Shown piece by piece: positions 23,676 through 36,777 of a DNA stretch of 64,000 nucleotides. The translations under genes were made by a program, and so were the position numbers. The DNA is from Felis catus (lineage: Eukaryota). Where the stretch lies: NCBI RefSeq assembly GCF_018350175.1, contig NC_058368.1, positions 210,430,001 to 210,494,000 of the forward strand, given 5' to 3'. Each line of letters starts with the position of its first letter. Positions within the stretch are counted from its first letter, which is position 1. The notes under the pieces are model-generated. The model saw only the letters and a program-made list of their open reading frames with translations, was not told the DNA's origin and did no database searches.

Positions 23676-23984
23676 ATATTATACATATAATTTTTAAAAA
23701 AGATTTGTTCTCTTTCTAAATTAATACAAAAGACTGTCCTTTTTTTTGGTGTATGGTTTTCATGAAATATTTCATCCTCAAATGATTATTTTCTCATAAT
23801 TGATTTTCATTCCTAAATGGAATTAAGTTCCTCCTTAAAGTTTTCAAATATATGTTACCTCATGGGTTAAAAATATAGAAAAAGAGCATTAGACATATGT
23901 AGTGTCTCTGGGAGGACCATCGTTTTTGATTGCTTAATTCTGTTGTGTGAAACAGATCTTGTAAAAACTAAATATAAATATTAT

Positions 23985-24200
23985 GGGGTACTTTGGTGTC
24001 TCAGTAGGTTGAGCATCTGACTGTGGATTTTGGTTTGAGTCATGCTCCCAGAACTGTGGGATGGAGCTACATGTTGGGCTCCACCCTGAGCCTGGAGCCT
24101 GCTTGAGGTTTTCTCTCTCTTTCTCTCTCTCTCTGTCTCTCCCCCTCCCTTCTCCCTGTTCTCTCTCTCTCTCTAAATAAAGTAAGAAAAATAAAAAGAA
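23985..24200 (+). mobile_element. Old diverged carnivore SINE
   Basis: GGGGTACTTTGGTGTCTCAGTAGGTTGAGCATCTGAC..., (CT)n and A-rich tail. Confidence 0.75.
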
Positions 24201-24924
24201 AGAGCTGCCATAAATAATTCCCTTATTTATACAGTAAAGGCCCTCTCACTTGCCGTATCTAACAAAACATACACTTGGAAGTCTCTAAGGCTGGATGTTC
24301 AATATCTACCCAGTTTGTGAATTCTGATAGTGTAAGAATGCCACAAACAGCCAGGAAATATCACGTGTAGAAAACGTGTCCTTGGGTGTGTGGCTCTGCA
24401 TGTGTGTGAAATATGATTTTATTTTTGAATTTTCTTGAAACCACTTGAAATGGTCTGTGGCAATAGTCCTTGAAGAATGATGTGACAGTTTCTTGCATTG
24501 TTGGGTCAGTAGTCCCCATATTTTCCCCAAAGACCAACATTAGGGCTGAAGGATTGGGCTCCCTGGCTGGTAACTTCCTCCCTCCCATCCCCAGCATGCT
24601 GTTCTCCCCTAACATTTGGGTAATTTCTGAGGCCACTTCTGTGTAAGTTGCTTCCTCAGGCCCACTCATTCCCCTGAAATTGGATCAACAACAGCCAGTG
24701 AGCCATGGAGAATGATGACTCTAATTTGTTTCTGCCAGACATCTTCCATAGGCATGCCATCATGGTCTTGATGACATGGAAAAATGATCTCATCACTCCC
24801 TATTTAAAATTCTTTGTGGCTCCCACTACATGGAATACAAAGCCTCTATGATTTCTCTCTGGTTATCACTGTAGGCACACCTTCAGCTACCCACCTCTTG
24901 CCCATTTCCCATGTATGCTACACC

Positions 24925-25814
24925 CATTAATGAGAAATCATGTGGACAGGTGCAAACCCTTGCAAGGAAGACTTTGTTTAAGACGTTGCCACAGGGAAGA
25001 GTATGTTGCAACAGGGAAGAGAAACTGCACTCAACTCTAAGTTCAGCAAGGACAGGTGAAGATTCATAGCCAATAAGCAGAGTCAAGGGATGTTAAAGAT
25101 AAATTATTTAATGGCTCTTGTTTAGATAGTAAGAAAGACTACTCAAGGGAGGACTATCATGATAGGTTTAGGGACTATTACAACAGGGTAGAGAGATTGG
25201 GTTCAACTCTGAATACAATGAAAAGTGGCAATTTTAACCATGTTGCTGAGTGGGGAAAGGTGGATGGAAAATCACTACAAAGAAACATCAGCAATAAGGG
25301 GCTGAACCTACCTAACAGGATTCTTGCTGAGAGACACGTCAGCATGATCAGACCTCACCCTGGTTGGGGATAGTAGAGGTGAGGAAACCAATTAGCTACA
25401 GAGGGTGATCAGATTTTGAGAATGGGGGTCTGCCTAAACTGACAGGATTCTTGCTAAATCAGACCATGTAGAGATGAACATGCGATTGTAAAAGTCAGAG
25501 TCTAGTTGAGAAGACACTTACCTAATGCTCATTAGAGTTTGATCAAGGAGAGAATCATGGTCAAGATTCAGTGGATAGAAATTTACTAGAGTAACTTAGT
25601 TAGATCAAGGATAAGGAATTCTTGTTACAGGAAGACCAAAGTGATCAGATATCAAGGGTGGAGAGATTCTCCATAAACTTGCTTAGCAGGATTCTTTGCT
25701 GGAAGTGGGTTCAGCTAGCCAGCGGCAGGGCAGCAGGCTATGATTGATCCCTAGTCTGGAAGAGGTTTCAGAGAATCCTGACTAAAATTTGAGCCTAGGA
25801 TGGAATCTTTGTCA
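24925..25814 (-). mobile_element. Old ERV1-class LTR(s), MER31/MER67-like, apparently nested (inner element ~25090-25563)
   Basis: Two minus-strand starts resemble this LTR group as recalled: TGACAAAGATTCC..TTTAGTCAGG at 25814 and TGACCATGATTCTCTCCTTGATCAAACTCTA at 25563. GATTCTTGCT/GATCAGA motifs recur. Family naming is from memory only. Confidence 0.5.
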
Positions 25815-26786
25815 CTCATCCCAATACATTTTGCTGTTTTGTTCCTCTGTGTATTGGACCATACTGTGTCCTCTCTCAGAAATGCAATCTGCTCTTGTTG
25901 GAACAAAAAACTTTTACATGTTCTTCAATACGCAATGTTACCGTGAACACATTAGTGTGGCTGGACTTGGCCATCACACCCACAACAACTCATTGCATCC
26001 TCTTTGAAGCATTGTTCTTACTATATTGAAACTATTTGCTAACATATATGTCTATTTAGAAACCATACGACCCTAAATGTCAGGATTTTGGTTCTATTTA
26101 TCTTCTTGTCATAGCACCTAGCATGGTGGCTCATACAAAGATTGTTGGGATGATTGGACAGTCATTTAGGAAAATGACAATATTTGATTCATATCTCACA
26201 ACATATCAAAAAGTACACTCTAAATACATCAGAGATTTAATATAAAAAACGGTAACACACTGGGTCTAAAAAAAGGTGAATTCCTCCGTAAATTGTGTGT
26301 ATGGAAAGACTTTGTAAATATGACTGAAAAATTCTGATATGACAAAGAAAAATTAACTAATTCAAGTAATTGGAGAATATTAAACCTTTTTTCATGCTAC
26401 ATCACCATGAGTACAGTCAAAATACAAATGAAAAGTGGGAGAAAAAATATTTATAATGTTCGTCACATACAGAGGACTACTAGTTCTAATACTTAAATAT
26501 GGAAAAAATTAAAATTGAGGAATGAAGCTATAATACATGTACACACTGGAATAATAGGCAGCTATAAACTACAATGAGCAAGGCAATTATTAACAATTCT
26601 AATCTGTTAACTAAAAAAGAACAAAGTATAAGAATAAATATAATAAGCTCATTTTTATTTTTTAAAAGAGAGGAAGAGAATAAAAATATAAGCTTATCTG
26701 CATCCATTTGCAAAATGAAGCAGAAGGAGAATAAACCAGAGAATAATGTGATAAATTATCTAGGAGGCTATTGTTAAATATGGTAG

Positions 26787-27657
26787 TGAAAGAGCAGACC
26801 TAGGCCTGCAGATTAGTGACTATGTCCCCGACATGGCCGCAGAAAGAAGTTCCCGCTCAAACCTCAGACCACGCCTCCTCCCGTTGAGTAACTTATGTTT
26901 TCTAAGAAAGCAGGCTACCAATTGATGCATTCTTCCAAAGTCTAAAGTGGGAGGAAGGGGAGTGTGAGAGGCGTGGAAAGTGTGAGTAGAAGAGGGAGGG
27001 CTTCTCTCAGGTAGGGGCCAGAGGCAGGAGCCTTCAACCCTGTCCAGGCTTAGAATGACCCGGGAGCATTTTACCCCTCCCCAAACCAATTAAATCAGAG
27101 TCTCTGGGGATGGTGTTTGGTGCTAGGTATTTATATAGCACAGCAAGGCTGACAGCCAATGGTTAATAGGTGACCAGTGAGAAACGTTCTGTATACACTG
27201 AGGCCAAACATGTTAGGGATCCTCAGACACAGTGGTTCTTAAACTTCAGGTGCATCAGAATCTCCTGGAAGACTTGTTCAAACACAGATTGCTGAGCCCC
27301 ACCCCCAGAGTTTCTGATTCAGTGGGTCTGTGACCACCAGGCCCAACATTTGCATTTTTAACAAGTTCCAGGTGACACTGATAATTGCTGATCTGGGACC
27401 ACACCTTGGCAGCCATTGTTCTATCCTTCCCCAGCCAGTCTGCTGAGGCCACGACCCTTCCCTAGCCAATCGGGTAAGGCCATGATCCCTATAAAACCTT
27501 TGTGCTTTTGAAACCCGCTCTCTCTCTCTGGTATCTCACCGCTGGGTCGGTGCAGGTAGGGGATTGAGCTCGAGCTAGCTCGAATAAGGGCTCTTTGCTT
27601 TTGCATCAGACTCGGCTCCCTGGTGGTCTTTGGGGATCACGAATTCTGGGTATAACA
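26787..27657 (+). mobile_element. Gammaretrovirus-like (ERV1) solo LTR with internal ~500-bp insert
   Basis: Starts TGAAAGAGCAGACC and ends ..GGGTATAACA; 4-bp TSD GTAG at 26783-26786 and 27658-27661; CCAAT 27466-27470, TATAAAA 27490-27496, AATAAG 27583-27588. Confidence 0.8.
27230..27418. mobile_element. MER5A-like hAT MITE
   Basis: CAGTGGTTCTTAAACTT..GCATCAGAATC..CCCCACCCCCAGAGTTTCTGATTCAGT..ATTTGCATTTTTAACAAGTTCC..GGACCACAC..AGCCATTG matches the MER5A pattern. Confidence 0.75.
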
Positions 27658-30262
27658 GTAGAAGGACAAGGAAGCAGGTGGCAGGTCAAGGGATTTCTGT
27701 TTACATAGTTCTGTTTATAGAGTTTGGTTTTTGGAGGCATGTTAGTATTTTATACAACAAATTTATACCTAAATCAATGGAGGGCAAAACCCTAAAATAG
27801 AAACAAACAGCAACAAATGAACTCAGAATTTTTCAAATGTGTGATATAACCCTCTGGTAGTGGCAAAAAATGAACATAATTGCATTTTGAACACAGTACT
27901 TTGAATATCTGTCTTGTCATTCTAAAGAAAAAAAGAACTGCAAAAGATCTATTTTTTGCATCCTCTGTTTTTTGAGTAGTCCATTGAGTAGGTCTGTTAT
28001 TCCCATTTGGTGAAGTAGTACATGGTGACCTTCCTTCAGTGCATAGGATGGTTGAGCAAATAAGTTAATATACCAAGGAGGTTGAGAGTCAGATTTCTTA
28101 ACTTTATTAAGGGGGCATTACTAATGTGGAAATGGAGAAGATTAAAATCAACACTGGTGTTGTATTGGAATGGACGGTATCACTATGAATTCATAATTTT
28201 TTACAAACAAACTAATTTTTATAAACTAATTTTTTACAAACTATACACATGATTATAGAGAGAGATATAGATATATAACATTTATATCCATATCTATGTC
28301 TATATATTTAATAACACTGTCAACTTAAAATGGAATATACAGTGGTGCGTCACAAGAAATGAACATTTCTTGCAACCATACCCGGTCTCTAAATACCATT
28401 CCCTACTGAAAGACTTCCTTGAGAAATGGATTATTTTTAGGACTTAGGAGGAAGATAAGAAAGTATAAGATGAGTCAGCCTGGAAATTATGTGCCAAAAG
28501 TAAAGAGAAAGGTCCCAAATGATAAAGGTTACACAGGAGCAAACCAAAAAATAATGATAGAAATTATAGCCTATTGAATAAATATGTATCCAAGTGTAGA
28601 TACTGAAAATAGACATAGGTAGATAGATAATTAGATACATGTGGCAGAAGACCCAGTTTTTTTGTAAGTATACAATGTCACATGACAAATTTTAAAAAGT
28701 GAAGTTAAAAAATCATTAATTTGCCACTATGACAGTAACACTTGAATCAGGTAAGAAACATAAAGTATGATAAAATGGGTAAAATTGGATGAGGAACAGA
28801 ATATTTACACAGTTTCAAAATGTCTCCCCATATCTTTTTTCCTAATTATAAGCTAAAAAAATAATAACTTTACAGTTGGTAATCTTGGCAGACACAACTT
28901 TAAACAAGAGATATAGTTATAATCTTTAATTATTGAACCATCTGACATCATGTGCTTCCCATTGTGATTCACTATGATGGAATCAACATCACCTTTGTAG
29001 TATGCCCACCAAAAACTCTCTAGTAATCTGAAGTGTAATGAAAGAACATCAGACAAACCCAACTTGAGATCCACCATGAAAAATAAGCTGCTTGTACTCT
29101 TTAAAATGTCAATGACAAGAAGGACAAACAAGGGCTGAGAAACCAATCTTTACTAAAGGAGATTAAATAGATATGATAATTAAATGCAACGTGTGATCCA
29201 GGGTTGGTTCCTGCACTAGCAAATTCCTGTCACCAACATGCGATATTATCGGAACAATTGGAGGGAATGAAATAGAGTTGTAGATAAAGAAATGTGATTG
29301 TCTTAATTAAAAAATTGTGCCTTCCTAATGCAGATTAATTTTTTCACTGGGGAGGTATAATATCTGAACAGAGGGTAACTTTGAAAGTGTATGCACATAA
29401 TAACATAGCCTCAAAGACTACAGCACAATTGAGGAGAAAACATGAAGGGAAAGAAATGGAATAATCCTGACAGAGTTCAAAAATCTTTCTAGTAAGTAAT
29501 TTCAAATGTTTATAAGAATAGCACTTCTTGGTGCCCACTGCGAGTCCTATTTATCATGCCCATTCAGAATTATAGACCTACCTTTAGAAGTTCAATCCTT
29601 CAGGTCAAGACCTGGCCCTCCAGGGGTGCTGAACATTTAGGGGACACTAGAATTTTTACCAGTAAGTTACTTTCCAAAGAGACTCCCTAAGCAATAAGTG
29701 TAGGTCATTTTCCTCTGGGAATCAGTTTCTGGGATCTTGAGATAGAACACTGGCAGAGATTTTAGGCAGGTACCTGGGAAAACGGGGCATGGGGATGACA
29801 ATATGAGGTCAACAGTGCAGTTAGGAGGTGGGAAAATTCCTGGAAAAGTCCCTGATGGGTCTCAATCATCTGGAGGTGGAACTCACTTGGAAGTGACTTC
29901 CTAAGGCCCCTCCCATCCTGGTTCAGAGTAGCTTCTCTGCGGAGAGTGTGGTGATTACTCGGACAGAGAAGGGTTAAGGGGATCTCACTAACCCCTCCTT
30001 CCTGCTGTTCCTGGTTAGGGAGGGTGAAGACAGAATAGCCAGTGGAGCAAGCACCCAGAAGGAGGAGCAGAAGGGCCAGAAGCTACAAACAGAAGAGAAG
30101 ACAGGATCCACTTCTCACCTCTTCCCAAGCTGCCTGCCAGCGCATTTCCTTGGCAGCCAGGGCAGCGCGCCTTCAGGGCTCACAGGTCGCTGTGCACGAC
30201 TCAGAGAAGAGCACAGGGCTCTGGGCACTGGACCCGGCTCCGCAGCTGGTACAGGAGGGAAC

Positions 30263-30356
30263 ATGGCGGGCCAGCGGGCACTGCTGCTAGCTGGCTTTCT
30301 TCTGTCTGGGTTCCTGCTCCCAGAGGCCGCCGAAATTCTGACCGTATCCTCACTGG
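30263..30356 (+). CDS. UGT3A: UGT3A copy B exon 1 coding part (94 nt)
   Basis: aacATGG Kozak context; [35 protein letters not shown]|gtgagt donor. Confidence 0.93.
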
Positions 30357-33300
30357 GTGAGTGCTGGCAGGAGAATCAGACAGGGACGCATCCCAGATGC
30401 TCAGGCAAGCAACCCTGCTTCATAGGTCATTCTTTGTAGTTTTCCAGAGCTTGTTTGGGTCCCAGGATAGAGGAGGGAGGGGAGAGAGGGAGATGGGGGT
30501 CACAGAGGGGTCCCCACTGCTGGGTTGGGGAAGTTAGTTTTGGGGAAAACAGTTTCCTTTCTTCTCTTTTAATCTGTTCTGTAAGTGCTTCCCACTGTGC
30601 ATTGCTCGGGCCAGAATTTAGATCCAGTGCTGAGCTGGAGATCCTGAACCCCCTACTCCAGGGCGGGGCAGGAACTTTCAGAGGCACACCCTAAAAGTCT
30701 GGGAGTGTGCAGTAGTTGCCAATAGAAAGTGGAAGACAGATCAGTTTCAGGCTCTTGGAAGCCAAGGACAGGGGTTCCTGGGGGCAGCAGCACAAACGGG
30801 GCATGTTTCATTAATAGGAAACCTGAAAACTGAGTGGGCACAGGAAGGAACTCCAGACAATCAGTTGGGAACAGCTCTCTTTTTGCCCTTGCTGCTAGAA
30901 GGTTTTGAAGGACAGTGAAGCAGTTAATTCTGCATAAACCCAGTTTTGTTTCCTTTACTTTTGCACCAAAGGGAACAGAAGGGGAACAGGAACATTTATC
31001 AGGTTGAGGAGGCATCATAACAGGGAGTTTCCCTAAGATATCACTTTTAGATCCCCTAGAATCTGGGGATCCTGGGCTAGAAGAAACCACAGAGTTCATC
31101 TAATTGGGCATCTCCCTTTTTATTTCCTGACAGGGATCCTAAGGGCCAGGGAAATGAGGGGCCTTTTGCAAGAGCACACCAGACCTCCCTGATGTCACGC
31201 ACTCGGATTTAACCCACTGTTTCTTACCTCAAACCTGTTTTCTTCCCTAGACTCTACTCTTTATGGTGGGGATTCCTAAAAATCAGTATTGAAAAAAACA
31301 AACAAACCCTATTTTCCATTTTAAATCTATTTTTTAATGATAGAGGCAACAGAAAAAAAGAGCTGCCTCACCTTTTGAAATTGCATGTCCCTTGGACTCA
31401 GAGGAGGCAGGTGTGGTTTGGAGGTGCTTTCTCCCCTTGCCTCTGCCCCAGAATGCACTGGGCTCACCAAGACCCTCAGGAATAAATGCCTCTGCAGGAA
31501 GCCTTCTCCCCTGCATCCATTTCTTGCAGTGGTTAAAAGTGATCCAGAGCAGGCACTTGGGTCTGTGTTACATCAGACAACACAAGTACAGATGTAAAAA
31601 ACTAGAGTAATTTCCACAGATACACATTATTACTTTAGTCCTATATCTCTCTCTACTGACCCAATCATCATGAGATCTTTATCTTCCATCTTCCAAGCAA
31701 CCTCCACTTCCCAACATAGGCAAATTCTATTCCTTTACCCATAGATTCAAGAAAAATGCTCCATGATATCACATGGTTTTAGACATTGATGTAATAGAAC
31801 CTGTACCATCCCAGAGAATCAAGCTTCTGTTTCCTTAGGATTCCAGGATTTTCCTATGTTGGGTGATGTCCCAGTTTTGCATGCATACAGGATCCTACAG
31901 TTCCACCCAAAGGGACCACAGTTATCCTAAATGCTTTAATCGATTTTTAGCAAAATGCAGGCCCCAAGTGAGGAACATTGTCATATAAATTTGAATCTGA
32001 AGAATTTTGCTGTGAGTAGTGACTCTACCCTCTTTTGCTTCTGTGGCTTGGCTTGATATTCACATTCCCATGTTTCTGGCTTCCACGTTGACATAAATTT
32101 CCTGGGAGAGAGATCCCAGAAATAGCTTTGAGTGATTGTCCTTTAGAAACCCATTATTCTCACATACATAGCCTTGTGTGTCAAAATTTCCAGCAAAACA
32201 GTTACTTCTTTAGACACAGTATCTCCATAAAGGCAGCCTAAATTTCAGCATGTAACTAGGATCAGGAACTCCCTCAGGCCTAAGCATTAGAGAAGGTCAT
32301 CTCACTGGCATGGAGACCTTGAATTGCAAAAGGGAATTTTTCATGTAAGATTGCTACATATTACAATTTGGTCAGAAAGAATGTGGGTATCTGGCCTGGG
32401 GTTTACCCAAAATGAAACCAAAGGACTAAAATAACTCATCTTCTACTGACCACCAACTCTCTGCTACCTTACCCTGGATTTCCAGATACCCCACATCAAT
32501 TTCAGACCCTTTGTTCTCACCTTTACAAAAATAAAAATTTTGTATTGTTCCTAGATGGAAGCCATTATCTACTGCTGGACCGGGTATCTCAGATTCTTCA
32601 AGATCATGGTCATAATGTCACCATGCTTCTTTATGGAGGAGATTATTTAATCCCAAGTATGTTCTATTTTTTTTTTTTTTTTGGTAATTATTAAATTTAT
32701 CTACCCCAGGAAAGGATATACAACGTCTTTTGTATAGCACTGCTTAGCACAAAGTCTTTTTTAATCTAGTTGTATTTTAAGATGGAAAAATGTGTGTGTG
32801 TGTGCGTTTTATGTTAAGTGCTGGATATCTTACTAGACTATGTAGACCTGGCCCCCACAATGCCATATCTGCATATTTTACCTTCCACTCTGGTTATTTT
32901 ATCCATTATTTAGCATGGAATATGAAATCTTCAGTGATTATTATAACACTGTGTATCGCACCTTCAATTCTTTCAGTTTTTGCTTTAGATATTTGATGGT
33001 CTCTAATTAGCTGCATATATGTTTATAATTGTCATATCTTCTTGCTGTATTAAACCTTTTATAATATGTAATGTTTTTATTCATCTCTTGTAATTTTTTA
33101 AATTTAAAATCCATTGTGTTTGATATTTGGTACTTGCATGGAATATTTTTTCCATCATTTCCCTTTCAGTCTATCTTTGATTTAAAGTGAGTCTTTTATA
33201 GGCAGAATATAGTTGGATTATGTTTTGTGTGTGTGTTTATGGCTTTTTAATTTTTTTTACTTTTTAACACATATCGTTATTTTGGAAAAATTCAGATTTA

Positions 33301-34381
33301 TGGAAAAGTTGCAAAGATAGTATAGAAGTTCCCACACATCCCTCACCCTTTCCCCCCATTGTTAATATATTTTTATTTTTAATTCTTTTATTAATATGTT
33401 TTATTGAAGTATTATTGACACACAATGTTACATTAGTTTCAGGTGTGCAAGCAACTTGACAACTATGTATATTGTGCTGTGCTCACCACAAGTGTAGCTA
33501 CCATCTATCACCATACGAAGCTATTACAACTGGATCATGTGATTTTGTCCATTCTGCCAATTTCTATCCTTTGATTGGAGAAGTTAATCCATGTATATTT
33601 AAAGTAATTACTGATAAGGAGAAATTTACCTCTGTCATTTTGCTATTTGTTTTCTATATGCCTTATAACTTTTTTGTACCCCACTTTCTGTATTACTGTT
33701 TCTTCTGTGGTTAGTTGATTCCTTGTAAAATGTTAAATACTTTTCTCATTTTCTTTTGTATATGTTCTACCACTTTTTTGTGTGTATGGTTACTTTGGGG
33801 ATTTTCTTTAACCTGCTAACTCTATGACACTCAGATTTTTAATTTATACCAGCCTATATTAACACTCAAATATTCTGTTCCTAGCTGGCTTCATCCTCAA
33901 CCTGTTCAGTTAGTTAAATGTCACAAAATTACATGTTTATACATTATGTGCCCCAAACATAAATTATCATTAACTTAAATGCATTAGTATCTTAAATTAT
34001 GTAGAAAATTTGAATGGAGTTACACACAATTTCAAATAATGATAGTTTTTAAGTGAATAATTTTTTAATGTACTAGTCTCTTAAATCATGTAGAAAACAA
34101 CAATGTAGTTAGAAGCCATTGTTACAATAACAGTAGCTTTTATAATTGCCCATCCATTTACTTTTTTAAGGTCTTTATTTTTTCATACAACTTTAAGTTA
34201 CTCTCTGGTGTCCTTTCATTCTTCCCTGGAGAATTGCCTTGCACATTTCTCCCAGGGGAGGTCTAGTGGTAACAAACACCCTTAGTTTTGTTTATTTGGG
34301 ATTGTCTTAATTTTCCTTGACATTTGATGCACAGTTTTGCTGGATATAGAATTTTTGTTGACAATTCTTTTTTTCTTTTCT

Positions 34382-34429
<48 letters not shown>

Positions 34430-36732
34430 TCCTTTTTTCTAGAATTTTGAATATATTGGGACATTGCCTTCTGGCCTCCAATCTTTTTTTTTTCCTTCAA
34501 AATTTTTGATTAGATATGTTTGGTAATCTCATTGACAGCCACTTGTATGTGATGAGTCATTTCTTTCTTGCTGCTTTTAATAGTCTCTCTTTATCTTTCT
34601 ATATTTTGATTATACTATATCCTAATGTGGATGTCTGAGTTCATTTTACTTGGAGTCTGTTGAGCTTTGTGGATGTTTATATTCATGTCTTTCATTTAAT
34701 TTGGGAGGTTTTTAGCCATTATTACTTCAAATATTCTCTCTATCCCTTTCTTTCTCTCTTCTCCCTCTGAGGATCCACAAAGCATATGATGGACCCTTAG
34801 GCTGTTGTTCCCTTTTCTTCAATTCTTTAATTTTCTGTTCCTCAGACTCAATCATTTCTGTTGTCTTCAGGTTCACTGATAATTTCTTCTTCATGCTCAC
34901 TTTGGTTTCTTTTTAGATTTTCTACCCCTTTATTTAACTTTTTTTTTTTTTTATTTATTTTTGGGACAGAGAGAGACAGAGCATGAACAGGGGAGGGCCA
35001 GAGAGAGAGGGAGACACAGAATCGGAAACAGGCTCCAGGCTCTGAGCCATCAGCCCAGAGCCTGATGCGGGGCTCGAACTCACGGACTGCGAGATCGTGA
35101 CCTGGCTGAAGTCGGACGCTTAACCGACTGCGCCACACAGGCGCCCCTAAAAATTTTTTTTAAATGTTTATTCATTTATTTTGAGAAAGCAAGAAAGAGA
35201 GAACAAGCCAGGGAGGGGCAGAGAGAGGGAAAGAGAGAATCCCAAACAGGTTCCATGCTGTCTGCTCAGAGCCTGATGCAGGACTCAGTCTCATGAACCA
35301 TGAGATCATGACCTGAACTGAAATCAAGAGCTGGACTTGCCTCATTTATCCCTTTATTTATATTTGCATACACTTTTTCCTTGACTTTCTCCACATCTCC
35401 CTTTAGTCCTCTGAGAATTTTTAATGTAGTTATTTTATTTTATTTATTTTTTATTTTTTTAATATAATTTAATGTCAAGTTAGCTAACACACAGTGTATA
35501 CAGTGTAGTCCTGGCTTTGGGAGTAGGGTCCCGTGATTCATCAGTTACATACAACACCCAGTGCTCATCCCAACAAGTGCCCTCCTCAATGCCCATCACC
35601 CATTTCCCCCCTCCACCACACCTCCCATTAACCCTCAGTTTGACTCTGTTTTTAAGAGTCTTTTATGGGTTTCCCTCCCTCTCTGTTTGAAACTATTTTT
35701 TCCCTTTCCCTTCCCCCATGGTCTTCTGTTAAGTTTCTCAAGTTCCACATATCAGTGAAAAGATATGAAATCTGTCTTTCTCTGACTGACTTATTTCAAC
35801 TTAGCATAATACCCTCCAGTTACATCCACGTTGTTACAAATGGCAGGATTTCATTCTTTCCTATTGTAAGGCAATTATTTTAAAGTTATTATCTAGTATA
35901 TCTGCCATCAGGTCATTCTTAGGGACAGTTTCTGTTGATTTCTTATTTTCTTCAGAATAGGCCTTAATTTCCTGTGTCTTGGTGTGTCTTGTGATTTTTG
36001 TTGAAAACTGAACATTTGAATATAACAAAGTGTTAAATCTGGAGATGAACCTCTCCTCCATTCTCCAGGGTTTGCAGACTTTTGTTATTAATTTTGTTTA
36101 TTTATTCATTTTCAAAAATTGTTTTATGCTGCTTTTGTGTTGAGGATCAAACCGAGGTGTAAATTTCACTGTTCACTGTCTTTTCTGAGCCTTTTCCTGG
36201 GCATGAATGGACACTTTCAAGTTTTCCTGGTATGTGTAGCTGTTTTACAATGTCCCAGGTTTAATGGTGCCCTTTCAAATGGGTAAATTGAGAAAATGAG
36301 GGGAAAAGGAGGGCATCAATCTTTTAAGACCCCTGGAAGTCAATTGAGCCAGAGAGGGAAGTGGCTGCAATAATAGAGCATGATGCAGAAACCTTGCTGC
36401 CTGCTTCTTTGTCTGCATCTCTGCGACCAGAGCAGCAATCAGCAATCAGAGCACAGATACTTGATATTTGGACAAGGTGATTTTTTTGCCCGCTCAGGCT
36501 CTTGAAACCTGTGTACAAGCTGCTCTATAAACAATGCATACAGCTTCCGGCTGGAGACTGAGGGATGGGGGATGGGTAGCTGCTACTGTGGAAAAAGCTG
36601 AAATTGACTAAAATTATCTGCTATTTACAGTTAAAGACTTCCTCTGGTTGGAGGAAACCATCAATTGGCTGCAGATTTCCCAAATAGTTATTTCAGACAA
36701 ATTCTGTCAGTGGAATTGTTGTCTACATCAGG

Positions 36733-36777
<45 letters not shown>

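Larger units (their letters stand above)
26140..29300 (+). mobile_element. Old L1 3' region (L1M-type), interrupted by a solo LTR
   Basis: A-rich L1 ORF2-end/3' UTR-like sequence; approximate boundaries. Confidence 0.5.

Noticed and set aside
30354..32565. Asp instead of Gly before GSH at the exon 1/2 junction (LDGSHY)
   Set aside because: DGSH is the normal motif in UGT1A enzymes and the catalytic His is intact, so this is not evidence of inactivation.
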